Source: Pirellulales bacterium
GTDB lineage: Bacteria; Planctomycetota; Planctomycetia; Pirellulales; JAEUIK01
Direction of reading: 5' to 3'
DNA length: 64,000 nucleotides
NCBI GenBank assembly: GCA_019694455.1
Contig: JAIBBY010000019.1
Span: 16,501 to 80,500, forward strand
This document shows positions 27,301 through 35,903 of this stretch, piece after piece (the stretch's first letter is position 1; every line of letters starts with the position of its first letter). The notes below the pieces were generated by a model. That model searched no databases, had not been told where the DNA came from, and worked only from the letters and a program-made list of their open reading frames with translations. A program made the position numbers and the translations under genes.

Positions 27301-29842
27301 CGACCCGTGGGACGTGAATGGCGACCTGATGCCCAACGAAGTCGCCGCCGTTCGCCGCGGCGTGGTGTGGGGTTGCGAGCGGCCGGAGCTTTTGCTGACC
27401 GAGACCTTGGCGCTGCACGATCGCCGCGCCGAAGACACCAACCAGGACACCGACGGACCGCAGAAAACGACCGGTCCCACTATGTCCCCGCCGCCCGACG
27501 ACGACTTCGATCAGAAGGAGTCGCCGCAGGGGTCGTTGTTTGTCGAGGTTTACAATCCGTGGTCGGTGGCGACGCCGGCCTCGCCCGCCTTTCTGGCGCC
27601 CTCTGGCTCGCCGACGACGCCGCCCAACCCCGCTCAGGGTGTTCCGCTGGGTAAGCTCAGCGGCGCGACGGGGGGCTCCGCGGTTTGGCGAATGCTCATC
27701 ACGCAGACCGACGAGGCGCCAGACAAGATCGACATTGGCGGCACGTTCACCAACACCAAGGCCGAGGGAGTGGTTTACTTCACCGCCCTGGCCGGCGCGC
27801 CGAGCGACAGCAGCATCGCCAACCCCAATCTGGTGAAGTATTACGCCAACGTGACCGCGCCGGTGCTGCCCGGTGGTTATGCGGTGGTGGGGCCGCCCGG
27901 CACGACCGAACTGGGTAGCTCGTCGACCGACCGCAAGGCGGTCATGCCGGCGGTGAACATGACGCAGCCCTTCACGGTGCACGACAGCACGGGGACGGCG
28001 ATCTTGCCGTACAACACCATCGCGACGATGAATCCCACGGTGAAGTCGGCGCTGGCGGTGCCGGTGCCGCCGGGGGGAACCGGCAACAACACGCGTTTCA
28101 GCATCTCGGAGCCGTACAACGGCTACACCATGGCGCCGGGGACGGTGTACGACACGCCGAAGGACAAGATCCGCGCCGACCTGTCGAATCCGCGCACGCT
28201 GTGGGTGAACGCCACGCTGCCGGCGTATCGGCATGTGCATTTGCAGCGGCTGGCCGACCCCACACGGCCGTGGAACGTCGACACCAATCCGTATCTCACC
28301 ATCGACTCGCTGCCGATCGACCTGACGGTGTTCAACAGCAAGCCGGGGAACGAGACGACCACCAGCGATCCGGTGGCCAACGGCGTGCAGAACTTCAACA
28401 GTCGTGAGCGCACTGGTCAGCCCATTGAAGAGAATGGCGCCACGGATTTCCTGTTCAACCTGTGGTCGCAATCGAGCCGGCAATCGACGATCACGACCGG
28501 CGGCACACCGGCGATCGGCAACCCGACCGTGGTCGCTCGCACCAGCGCCACGAATCACACTCTTGGCTTTCTCAACGAAAGCTATCAAAAGCCCCCCACG
28601 GTCACCACCAGCCAGCGGCGACTGGGGTCGTCGGACTACGGCGGGGGATATGTCGGACTGGCCGAGTTGACTCCATTTCCGCTGCTGAACTGGCCCAATC
28701 GGCCTTACATCAGCGTGATGGAGTTGTTGCAGGCGCCGGCGTACTCGTCGTCGCGTTTGCTACAGGCGCACTGGCTGCAATCCGGCGTGGCGCCAAACCA
28801 CTACAAGTCGACTGCCACGGCCAAGCTGCCGCTGCCGAACATGAGCACGGCCGATCCGCTGCGCGTGAAAGACGTTGTGTTCCGGCATCAGATTCCGTGG
28901 CTCTTGACAAGCGTGCCCACGGGCACTGGGCCGCCGATGGGCCCGCATATTTATCGGGCGTTCGATTATCTGCATGTGCCGAGCCGCTATGCGGGGACCG
29001 ACACCTATTTGAACGCGCAACAGTTCGCTAGCAGCGTCAATGCTTGGAACCCGCCGTTCAATAAGATTTCGCGCTATCGGGAGCCGGGCAAGATCAACAT
29101 CAACACCATCTGTGACGATGGTTTGACGTGGAAGGCGCTGACCAACAACTATGAGGTGCAGGCGGCCGCCACGGGCGACCCGGCGAACTCGGACCAGCTT
29201 TGGCAATTGGTGGCGCAGAGCCGCCGCGGTTGGCAACCGAATCAGGGCGCGTCGAGCCTGGTGCACGAATCGGCGCCGATGCCGTTCATCGGTACCCAAA
29301 ACTGGCCGAATACCGTGGCGACGCTGATCGCCAATCCGTTCCGTGGCTCGTCGGGCAACGTGTTGGTGCCAACCGAACCGCTGCGGCAAGACATGCTGGG
29401 CAACCCGCGCGCTGGCATTGAATCGACCCTATTGCGTTCGCGTCCGGAAGGGACCGGACGGCCGCTGTTCGCCATCAGCAACGACCTGACGCCGGGCACC
29501 ACAGCGCTGCCGCCGGCGGCGGCCACCAACACCAGCCGCAACTCGATGTTCCACTACCAGCTTTTGACCAAGCTGGGGAACCTGGTCACCACGCGCTCGA
29601 ACGTGTACGCGGTGTGGGTGACGGTGGGCTACTTTGAGGTAAACCGCGTGCAGCCCAATGCGGCCGATCCCGGTTTTTGCCCAGACGGCTGGCAGTTGGG
29701 CCGCGAGCTCGGCGCCGATACGGGAGAGATCAAGCGCCATCGGGCGTTCTTCTTGATTGATCGGACGATTCCGGTCGGCTTTTTGCGCGGCGAAGACCTG
29801 AACGTCGAGGAGTGCGTGCTGCTGGAGCGCTACATCGAGTAG
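24335..29842 (+). CDS. giant (1835 aa) GspK-like pseudopilin / putative filament-tip protein
   Basis: Uninterrupted 5.5-kb ORF with strong GC3 bias. Pseudopilin-like N-terminal anchor KRRG|IILLFILGLLALFSLV lacks Glu+5, as in GspK. GKININT (29087-29107) resembles the GspK xNxNTA motif. The C-terminal TTRSNVYAVWVTVGYFEV...HRAFFLIDR resembles the terminal beta-strands of GspK/PilX-type proteins. At least four Asp-rich DxDxDG loops are present. The start is the ATG at 24335, overlapping the upstream TGA; the ATG at 24404, which has GGAG upstream, is the alternative. Confidence 0.8.
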   Translation: MGPAKFTIQETGQPQGLCGGVSEMAANELNRQLENNGSKPGYPLIRPAARATGASSTRFEAGEQWISGAAEQVPLIRPAATFSPQAGRRPKYTSLAAATATIRNGARGTKRRGIILLFILGLLALFSLVTVTFVVVARTHKRGAAIHAQIERTGDSPEQLTKTALLQVLRGTNNAASTLRAHSLLEDMYGSDGLVGKMVDPSTLPADQFNKQFIPLGTLASDVTFPTLQWAPAPLLSQVASYYTGRVLTMIEGPCAGESVRIVDYTYASGTGVFWVMPFKQGRPLQGNRFVVNGAPFNGTGFGFNLQTYQNNPALPLLNFPNAVTGVQAFAPNHQTFIPSMPGYPDPAGLGGADEDYDAADYQNLLLALRAITSNTSSPYYPSQVVLPSLHRPDLVSFVLANQNTPIPWTNWNTAAATIPLRSVMLRPVGGFVGADHPNFSGSNPSFHPVTGPWDIDNDNDGKPDSVWVDLGLPVQTTPDGRTYKPLFAILCEDLDGRLNLNAHGNANQLVMPTSVEAGAGVAATGTTKAQAPTAGSDSAGGTVAKLPVGQGYGPAEVNLGIFFNQTTNNTVSFDEFDNLLFGVKTGGVFTDSVISVTFGLPTALPSLTNELLLGRYGELDVPLSEAPAAGRTDEGANGIDPTMDMSAWWKMSDFAAYNSKIGTPSNYGTRSDLDGDGVLAVDPSGNLVFPNFAQNESTGMHGMGERWETRNSAYDLDLSRNAPRTGLPNSKIPYTIDAPFQPTELERILRYNDLDAPSLPDRLLRLAPFMFTGRSSMGSDLPGNAEYRRRLVTTESWDLPIPSLGPSADVLAPGAYLNQTLYASAAPASATLLDRIATITPTSVNRAIVLNHLGGELSRGLQFDINRPFGDGIDNDGDWLVDEPDEATEYAWPQYYGSTVQFKHNTSLGGTTLDREQYARSLYMLVMMLMDQQFVDREYPASNPAKRMRLATQVAQWAVNVTDFRDSDSIMTGFEFDAAPFTDENSDGDPWDVNGDLMPNEVAAVRRGVVWGCERPELLLTETLALHDRRAEDTNQDTDGPQKTTGPTMSPPPDDDFDQKESPQGSLFVEVYNPWSVATPASPAFLAPSGSPTTPPNPAQGVPLGKLSGATGGSAVWRMLITQTDEAPDKIDIGGTFTNTKAEGVVYFTALAGAPSDSSIANPNLVKYYANVTAPVLPGGYAVVGPPGTTELGSSSTDRKAVMPAVNMTQPFTVHDSTGTAILPYNTIATMNPTVKSALAVPVPPGGTGNNTRFSISEPYNGYTMAPGTVYDTPKDKIRADLSNPRTLWVNATLPAYRHVHLQRLADPTRPWNVDTNPYLTIDSLPIDLTVFNSKPGNETTTSDPVANGVQNFNSRERTGQPIEENGATDFLFNLWSQSSRQSTITTGGTPAIGNPTVVARTSATNHTLGFLNESYQKPPTVTTSQRRLGSSDYGGGYVGLAELTPFPLLNWPNRPYISVMELLQAPAYSSSRLLQAHWLQSGVAPNHYKSTATAKLPLPNMSTADPLRVKDVVFRHQIPWLLTSVPTGTGPPMGPHIYRAFDYLHVPSRYAGTDTYLNAQQFASSVNAWNPPFNKISRYREPGKININTICDDGLTWKALTNNYEVQAAATGDPANSDQLWQLVAQSRRGWQPNQGASSLVHESAPMPFIGTQNWPNTVATLIANPFRGSSGNVLVPTEPLRQDMLGNPRAGIESTLLRSRPEGTGRPLFAISNDLTPGTTALPPAAATNTSRNSMFHYQLLTKLGNLVTTRSNVYAVWVTVGYFEVNRVQPNAADPGFCPDGWQLGRELGADTGEIKRHRAFFLIDRTIPVGFLRGEDLNVEECVLLERYIE
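24461..24602. repeat. GC-rich palindromic repeat element (family 1) inside the 5' end of the giant gene
   Basis: Exact 21-mer CCCCTCATCCGGCCTGCGGCC at 24461-24481 and 24554-24574. The second copy is followed by the hairpin ccttctccccgc-aa-gcggggcgaagg, which has one mismatch. Confidence 0.8.
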
Positions 29843-29967
29843 CCTGGGCGTTCGCGCGATAGAACGACGCCGAGTCTGTCTTCCAGCCGTCCCCTGGGGC
29901 GGGGCGCGGCGGGCGTCTATAATTGGCGGACGTTTGTTCGCTTTTCGCTATTCGATCTGGGCCACTG

Positions 29968-30834
29968 ATGCGCGTCTCCGCTGCCTACGCACCCGGCAAG
30001 CTCGTGATCTCGTTCGAGCTGTTTCCGCCCAAGACTCCCGAGGGAGAAACCGACCTGTTTCGCCATGTCGCGGAATTGGCGCGGTACTCGCCCGACTTCA
30101 TCACCTGCACCTACGGGGCGGGGGGCTCGACTCGCGACAAGACCTTGTCGATCGTCGAACGGGTGCGGCGCGAGTTTGGCGTGGCGACCGCCGCGCATCT
30201 GACCTGCGTTGGATCGACGGTGGAGCAACTGCGCGGCTATCTGCGCGATGCGCGCGAGCAGGGGGTGGAAAACATCGTGGCGCTGCGGGGCGACCCCCCG
30301 CGCGGCGAGACGGCGTTTCGCCCCATTGAGGGGGGATTTTGCTACGCCAATGAACTGGTGGCTTTGATCCGCGGCGAGTTTCCGGAGTTTGGCATCGCCG
30401 TGGCGGGCTATCCGGAGAAGCATGTCGAGGCGCCGAGCCTGGAGGTCGATCTCGACAATCTACAGCGCAAAGTCGCCGCCGGCGCCGACGTGGTGCTGAC
30501 GCAGCTTTTTTACGACAACGCCGACTTCTTTCGCTTTCGCGCGCTGTGCCACGAGCGCGGCGTGACCGCGCCGATTGTGCCGGGCCTGTTGCCGGTGACC
30601 AACTTGGCGCAAGTGCGGCGGATCACCTCGCTGTGCGGCGCGCGGTTGCCGGCCAGCTTTTTGCAGGCGTTGGAAGGGGCCGGCGACGACGCCGAGGCGC
30701 AGTTCGAGATCGGCGTGGCCCAGGCCACGCGCCAGGCGCAGGAACTGATCGACGGCGGTGTGCCGGGCATCCACTTTTATGTGCTTAACAAGTCGCAGGC
30801 CGCCGCCCGGGTGCTGAGCGCGGTGCGCGGGTGA
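29968..30834 (+). CDS. metF: 5,10-methylenetetrahydrofolate reductase
   Basis: ISFELFPPKT, TCTYGAGGSTR and HLTCVG motifs. Start moved to the ATG at 29968; the ORF track starts at 29923. Confidence 0.85.
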   Translation: MRVSAAYAPGKLVISFELFPPKTPEGETDLFRHVAELARYSPDFITCTYGAGGSTRDKTLSIVERVRREFGVATAAHLTCVGSTVEQLRGYLRDAREQGVENIVALRGDPPRGETAFRPIEGGFCYANELVALIRGEFPEFGIAVAGYPEKHVEAPSLEVDLDNLQRKVAAGADVVLTQLFYDNADFFRFRALCHERGVTAPIVPGLLPVTNLAQVRRITSLCGARLPASFLQALEGAGDDAEAQFEIGVAQATRQAQELIDGGVPGIHFYVLNKSQAAARVLSAVRG

Positions 30835-31024
30835 TGGGGATACGCCGACCCTTATTTTGATCTTTCGGCCTTTTTTGGCAAACTTGCGTCCTGTTTTTTT
30901 CTGTGCGATATTCGCTGAGTTCCGATCACGAAACCAGCGCCGCGCGGCCGTCCGCCAAGTTCGGCCGATAGGCGACACGCAATAAACGCCCGCCCTGGAT
31001 TGGGTCGGGGAGGACGCCAACGCA

Positions 31025-31777
31025 ATGCAGATTTGGCCGGCGATCGACCTGCGCGGCGGCAAGTGCGTGCGCCTGGTGCAGGGAGACTACGACCGCGAGA
31101 CGGTCTTTGGCGAAGACCCCGCGTGGATGGCGCGGCAGTTTGTCGCGCAAGGGGGCGAGCATCTGCATCTGGTCGATCTCGACGGTGCCCGCGAGGGCCG
31201 ACCCAAGAATCTTGATTCGATCCGCGCGATTCGCGCGGCGGTCGACATTCCGATCGAACTCGGCGGCGGCATTCGCGATGAGGCGGCGATTCGCCAATTG
31301 GTCGAACTGGGCATCAACCGCTGCGTGATCGGCACCAAGGCGATCAAAGAGCCTAACTGGCTGAGAGACATGTGCCGCCTGTTCCCGGGCCGCATCGTGC
31401 TGGGCATCGACGCGCGGGACGGAATGGTGGCCACCGATGGCTGGCTGGAGACGAGCGGCGTGCGCGCGACCGATTTGGCGCGGCGACTCAAAGACTTGCC
31501 GCTGGCGGCGATCGTCTTCACCGACATTGCCACCGACGGCATGTTGTCGGGCCCCAACTTCGACGCGCTGGCCGAGATGCAGGCCGCAACCCGATTGCCG
31601 ATTGTGGCCTCTGGCGGCGTGACCACTGCCGAGCAAGTGGCGCGGCTGGCTGAACTGAAGTTGGCCGGCGCGATCATTGGTCGCGCGCTGTACGAAGGCG
31701 CCATATCACTGCCCGACGCCTTGGCGGCCGCGCGCGGCGCGACGCCGAGCGACCCTGTATCACCGCGCCAAGGATGA
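31025..31777 (+). CDS. hisA: phosphoribosylformimino-5-aminoimidazole carboxamide ribotide isomerase
   Basis: MQIWPAIDLRGGKCVRLVQGDY, HLVDLDGA and VASGGV are HisA/HisF-fold signatures. 250 aa. Confidence 0.9.
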   Translation: MQIWPAIDLRGGKCVRLVQGDYDRETVFGEDPAWMARQFVAQGGEHLHLVDLDGAREGRPKNLDSIRAIRAAVDIPIELGGGIRDEAAIRQLVELGINRCVIGTKAIKEPNWLRDMCRLFPGRIVLGIDARDGMVATDGWLETSGVRATDLARRLKDLPLAAIVFTDIATDGMLSGPNFDALAEMQAATRLPIVASGGVTTAEQVARLAELKLAGAIIGRALYEGAISLPDALAAARGATPSDPVSPRQG

Positions 31778-31900
31778 GCGAACCCATGAACGCGGCTGGC
31801 AATTTTTTCAATTCAACTCAAACACCGATCGTCCCAGACATGACCTTCTGACACGCGCATCTCGACGATCGGTTTCCTCTGGTGGAAAAGGAATCGTTGC

Positions 31901-34000
31901 ATGGCGAAGCATTCGGTCGACAAAATCCGCAACATTGCCCTTTGCGGCCACGGCTCCAGCGGCAAGACCACGCTGATCGATCATCTGCTGCACAAGGCCG
32001 GCGCCGTCAACCGCACAGGCAGCGTGGACGACAACACCAGCATTTGCGACTTCGACGAGGTGGAGAAGGCGCACAAGTACACCATCGAGGCCAAGGTCGC
32101 CCACTTCGAGCGCGACGGCCTGCACTTCAACGTGCTCGACACGCCGGGTTATCCCGACTTCATCGGGCAGACGATTGGCGCCTTGCACGCCGTCGACACC
32201 GCCGTGATCGTGATCAACGCCCACTCGGGCATTGAAGTGAACACGCGGCGGGTGTTTCAGGAGGCGGGCAAGCTGGGGCTGGGCCGGATGATCCTGATCA
32301 ACAAGATGGACACCGACAACATCGACTTCCCGCGACTGGTCAGCAATATTCGCGAGACCTTCGGCAAGGCGTGCGTGCTGCTCAATGTGCCGCTGGGGAG
32401 CGGCGCCGACTTCAAGGGGGTGGCCAGCATCTTAAAGCCCAGCGGCAGCACAGCCGGCGCGCTGATCGACCCGGCCGAAGTACACGACTCGCTGATCGAG
32501 GCTATTGTTGAAGTCGATGAAGAAGCGACGCAAAAATACTTCGACGGAGAGGAGCCGACCGGCGACGAACTGGTGCGCCTGGTCGACGAATCGCTGATGG
32601 CCGGCACGTTGATCCCGATCGTCTGCGCCTCGGCCAAGACCGATGTGGGCGTGCCGGAGTTTCTCGACGCGCTGGCGCTGTGCGCGCTGCCGTCGGGCGA
32701 CATTCATCGCAAGGCGATTGGCGCCGATGGCGCGGAGATCGACATCGATCCCGATCCCAACGGGCCGCTGGTGGCGCAGGTGTTCAAGACTCGCATCGAC
32801 CCCTTTGTGCAAAAGCTCAGTTATCTGCGGGTGTTCTCGGGCACGCTGCACAAAGACAGCACAGTGCATGCCTCTGGGGCGCGTAAAGGGATCAAGATCA
32901 GCCAACTTTTGGAAGTGCAGGCCAACGAAACGCATCCGATCGACGCCGCCGGGCCGGGGTCGATCATCGCCATCGCCAAGGCGGAAGACCTGCACACCGG
33001 CGTAACGCTGGGCGATCTGGTCATGCCGCCGTTGGCGTTTCCCACTCCGATGGCCGGTCTGGCGGTGAGCCCCAAGAGCCGCAACGACGAGGCCAAATTG
33101 TCTGGCGCGCTGCACAAGATCGTCGAGGAAGACCCCACGCTGCATCTGGACCGCGACTCGCAGACCAAAGAACTGGTGATGACCGGCATGAGCGAGTTGC
33201 ACCTGCATGTGGTGCAGGAAAAACTCAAGCGCCGCGACAAGGTCGACATCGAAACCAAGGAGCCGAAGATCCCTTATCGCGAAACGGTGCAGACCGATGC
33301 CGAAGGGAGCTACCGGCACAAGAAGCAGACGGGCGGGCGCGGCCAGTTTGGCGAGGTGCATATTCGCATCTATCCGTTCCCCGCCAATGTCAAGCCGGAG
33401 GAGTTCATCACCAAGGACAAGTTCCCTTCGATGCGGACGCACCACTTCGATCCGCAGTACAACTTTTTATGGATCGATTCGATCGTCGGCGGCAGCATTC
33501 CGAACAACTTTTTGCCCGCCGTGGAGAAGGGCTTCAAAGAGCGCTTGGAGCGGGGGGTTATCGCCGGGCATCGCATTCAGAATGTGGCGGTGGAGGTCTT
33601 TTTCGGCAAGCACCACCCGGTCGACAGCTCGGAAGCGGCCTTCAAGACGGCGGGATCGATGGCGTTTCGCAACGTGTTTCAGCAGGCGCGGCCGGCGCTG
33701 TTGGAGCCAGTCGTCAAGTTGCATGTCACCGTCCCCAGCGAGAAGGTGGGGGACGTGAACAGCGACATGTCGGGACGCCGCGGCCGCGTGCAAGGTCTGG
33801 AATCGGCGGGCGGCGACTTTCAGACCGTCACCGTCGAGGTGCCGCTGTCGGAAGTGACGACCTACGCCCGCACGCTGTCGAGCATGACGGGGGGACAAGG
33901 AAGCTTCAATATGGAGTTTAGCCACTACGACGTGGTGCCCGGCAACGTGCAAAAGGAAATCATCGAGAAGGCGCAGATCAAAGAAGAGGAAGACGAATAG
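31901..34000 (+). CDS. elongation factor G paralogue (EF-G-like GTPase)
   Basis: 699 aa with five-domain EF-G length. G1 GHGSSGKTT, DTPGYPDF and NKMD motifs. G1 differs from the canonical AHIDAGKTT. Confidence 0.88.
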   Translation: MAKHSVDKIRNIALCGHGSSGKTTLIDHLLHKAGAVNRTGSVDDNTSICDFDEVEKAHKYTIEAKVAHFERDGLHFNVLDTPGYPDFIGQTIGALHAVDTAVIVINAHSGIEVNTRRVFQEAGKLGLGRMILINKMDTDNIDFPRLVSNIRETFGKACVLLNVPLGSGADFKGVASILKPSGSTAGALIDPAEVHDSLIEAIVEVDEEATQKYFDGEEPTGDELVRLVDESLMAGTLIPIVCASAKTDVGVPEFLDALALCALPSGDIHRKAIGADGAEIDIDPDPNGPLVAQVFKTRIDPFVQKLSYLRVFSGTLHKDSTVHASGARKGIKISQLLEVQANETHPIDAAGPGSIIAIAKAEDLHTGVTLGDLVMPPLAFPTPMAGLAVSPKSRNDEAKLSGALHKIVEEDPTLHLDRDSQTKELVMTGMSELHLHVVQEKLKRRDKVDIETKEPKIPYRETVQTDAEGSYRHKKQTGGRGQFGEVHIRIYPFPANVKPEEFITKDKFPSMRTHHFDPQYNFLWIDSIVGGSIPNNFLPAVEKGFKERLERGVIAGHRIQNVAVEVFFGKHHPVDSSEAAFKTAGSMAFRNVFQQARPALLEPVVKLHVTVPSEKVGDVNSDMSGRRGRVQGLESAGGDFQTVTVEVPLSEVTTYARTLSSMTGGQGSFNMEFSHYDVVPGNVQKEIIEKAQIKEEEDE

Positions 34001-34040
34001 GCGCCAGCGCACGTTGTCTCTTGCGCGGCGAATTTGACCC

Positions 34041-34868
34041 ATGACCGATGCGACCACGCGCCGCGCGCTGGCGGGGATGTACGACCGTGTATGGGACCTG
34101 CACGCGCCGAGCGCGCTTCCGCTGCTCGATGAACCGCTGGCATGTTACCCGCCAGAAATGCTCTTCGACCGGGCGGCCGCGCTCGGCATCGACGCCAGTT
34201 GGAAGGTGCTCGACGCGGGCTGCGGACGAGGGGACAAAACCGTCGAACTAGCCAGCAGATTTGGCGCCTCGATTGTGGCCATTGATCTGCTGTCGGCCAA
34301 TTTGGAGCGCGCCAAGGGGCTGGTCGAGGAGGCCGGCTTGGGCGGTCGAATCGCCCTGTGCCAGGGGTCGATCAACGCCCTGCCGGCGGGCAACGACACG
34401 TTCCACCTCGTCTGGTGCCGCGACATGCTGGAGCATGTGGCCCATCTGCCCGCCGCCTTGGCCGAATGCCGGCGGGTGCTCAAGCCGACCGGACAGATGT
34501 TGCTGCTTTCGGCATTTGCCACCGAGCGCATGCCGCCGCAGGAACTGGCGCCCCTCTGCGGCCCGCTGTGCCTGGTGCGCGAGAACCTCAACCAGCGCAG
34601 AGTGGAGGCGGCGCTGACCGGCGCGGGGCTCACCATTTGCGAGCGGTTGGAGGTGGGCGGCGACTTCGCCGAGATCTTTGAGCAGCGGAGCGGGAACGCC
34701 GGCCGCGAGTTGATGCGCCTGTCGCGTTTGATTCGGCGCCCGGCCATGTTCGAGGCGGCGTACGGCCGCGAGACGTGCGACCTGGCCGCCGCGCTGTACG
34801 CTTGGCTATTGCATCAGTTGCTCGGCAAGGTGTCGTTCTGGCTCTATCATCTGCGGCGCGGCGCGTGA
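34041..34868 (+). CDS. class I SAM-dependent methyltransferase
   Basis: Motif I VLDAGCGRGDKTVELA, and a post-I/II region consistent with the Methyltransf_11/25 fold. Confidence 0.75.
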   Translation: MTDATTRRALAGMYDRVWDLHAPSALPLLDEPLACYPPEMLFDRAAALGIDASWKVLDAGCGRGDKTVELASRFGASIVAIDLLSANLERAKGLVEEAGLGGRIALCQGSINALPAGNDTFHLVWCRDMLEHVAHLPAALAECRRVLKPTGQMLLLSAFATERMPPQELAPLCGPLCLVRENLNQRRVEAALTGAGLTICERLEVGGDFAEIFEQRSGNAGRELMRLSRLIRRPAMFEAAYGRETCDLAAALYAWLLHQLLGKVSFWLYHLRRGA

Positions 34869-35063
34869 ATCTGCCGCGACGAGAGGCACAACCGGCGCAG
34901 CTTCACACCGGGCGCGGCGGATTGGTCGCGGCCGGCGCAGGCCGGTTACATGCGCCGCCGCGCGCGGGCCGAAATAGCTACTAGCGCACGGCGGCGCGGG
35001 GAATGGACGCCTGCCGCCGAAGTCGCGCCCACTCGGGGGCCGAGCAAAGCGAGGGACCGCCGC

Positions 35064-35858
35064 TTGAACCACCGGTTGACCGCCATCGCGTGTGCTTGCG
35101 TGCTAGCTGCCGGCGCGCAGGTCCTGGGCAATGACCTGATTCGCGAGACGACCGAGTTTGGCATCACGGTCTCGCCGCGGCAACTCTTCGACGCCATCCA
35201 CGAAACACAAGAATACTGGCCGCCGGTGCGCCGCCACATCACCAGCGAGCGCTTCGACGAGGCCGACCTGGCCACGCGCAAGCAAGCGGCCGAGTTCATC
35301 CGGCAGGTCAACAATCGGCTGGCCGACCAGATGTTCGGCGGCGACGAGGCGGCCTCGCTCGATCTGCTCGACTACATCGCCGCGCGAATCCGGTTGATGA
35401 GCATCTACCGCGAACTGCGCGGGGAGATCGACGCCGACGAGTTGACGTTGGCGGTCAAGGAACGCTGGGAACAGGACATTCGCGCGCTGCACCCCCTCTC
35501 CAAGGAAGAGCGCGCCGCGCGACTGGCGGCCGACGACGCCGAGTTGCACGCGGTCTACCACAAACTGGGGCTGTGCGACGCGCACTGCCAGGCGTGCGCG
35601 GACCTGTGGCGGCGCGCGGCGCCGGTGGCCATGCGACTGCACGACACCCAGGCCGGCGCGATGATGCTGGAGTACGAGCGCACGCTAGAGCAAGGCGATC
35701 CGCAGGTATTCGCGCTATTGCGTCAGGTGGTGATCGCCTCGGATTGGGCCACGATCACCAAGAGCGACGAGCGCACGCTGCGACGCGCCGATTTTGAACG
35801 GGCGTGGGCCGATCTGGAGCGGCTGCGCGGCGAACGCACCGCGCGCGCTGGTCAATAA
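35064..35858 (+). CDS. hypothetical secreted/anchored protein
   Basis: Coding-like GC3. A TTG at 35064, with GAGGGA upstream, gives the signal-like N-terminus (M)NHRLTAIACACVLAAGAQVLG. The ORF track starts at 34950 with an Arg-rich extension. No family recognised. Confidence 0.4.
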   Translation: MNHRLTAIACACVLAAGAQVLGNDLIRETTEFGITVSPRQLFDAIHETQEYWPPVRRHITSERFDEADLATRKQAAEFIRQVNNRLADQMFGGDEAASLDLLDYIAARIRLMSIYRELRGEIDADELTLAVKERWEQDIRALHPLSKEERAARLAADDAELHAVYHKLGLCDAHCQACADLWRRAAPVAMRLHDTQAGAMMLEYERTLEQGDPQVFALLRQVVIASDWATITKSDERTLRRADFERAWADLERLRGERTARAGQ

Positions 35859-35903
35859 CGCGCCTGGAGCGGATGGGCAAATCTCCCAGCGCCGCGCGAT
35901 TCA

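Noticed and set aside
24329-28588. Very long minus-strand ORFs (24329-26032, 567 aa; 26171-28588, 805 aa) opposite the giant gene.
   Set aside because: Their composition is Arg/Gly/Ala/Pro/His-rich and of low information, with no motifs, and they are antisense to a 5.5-kb ORF with proper GC3 bias. This is the typical stop-codon-poor shadow frame of high-GC DNA.
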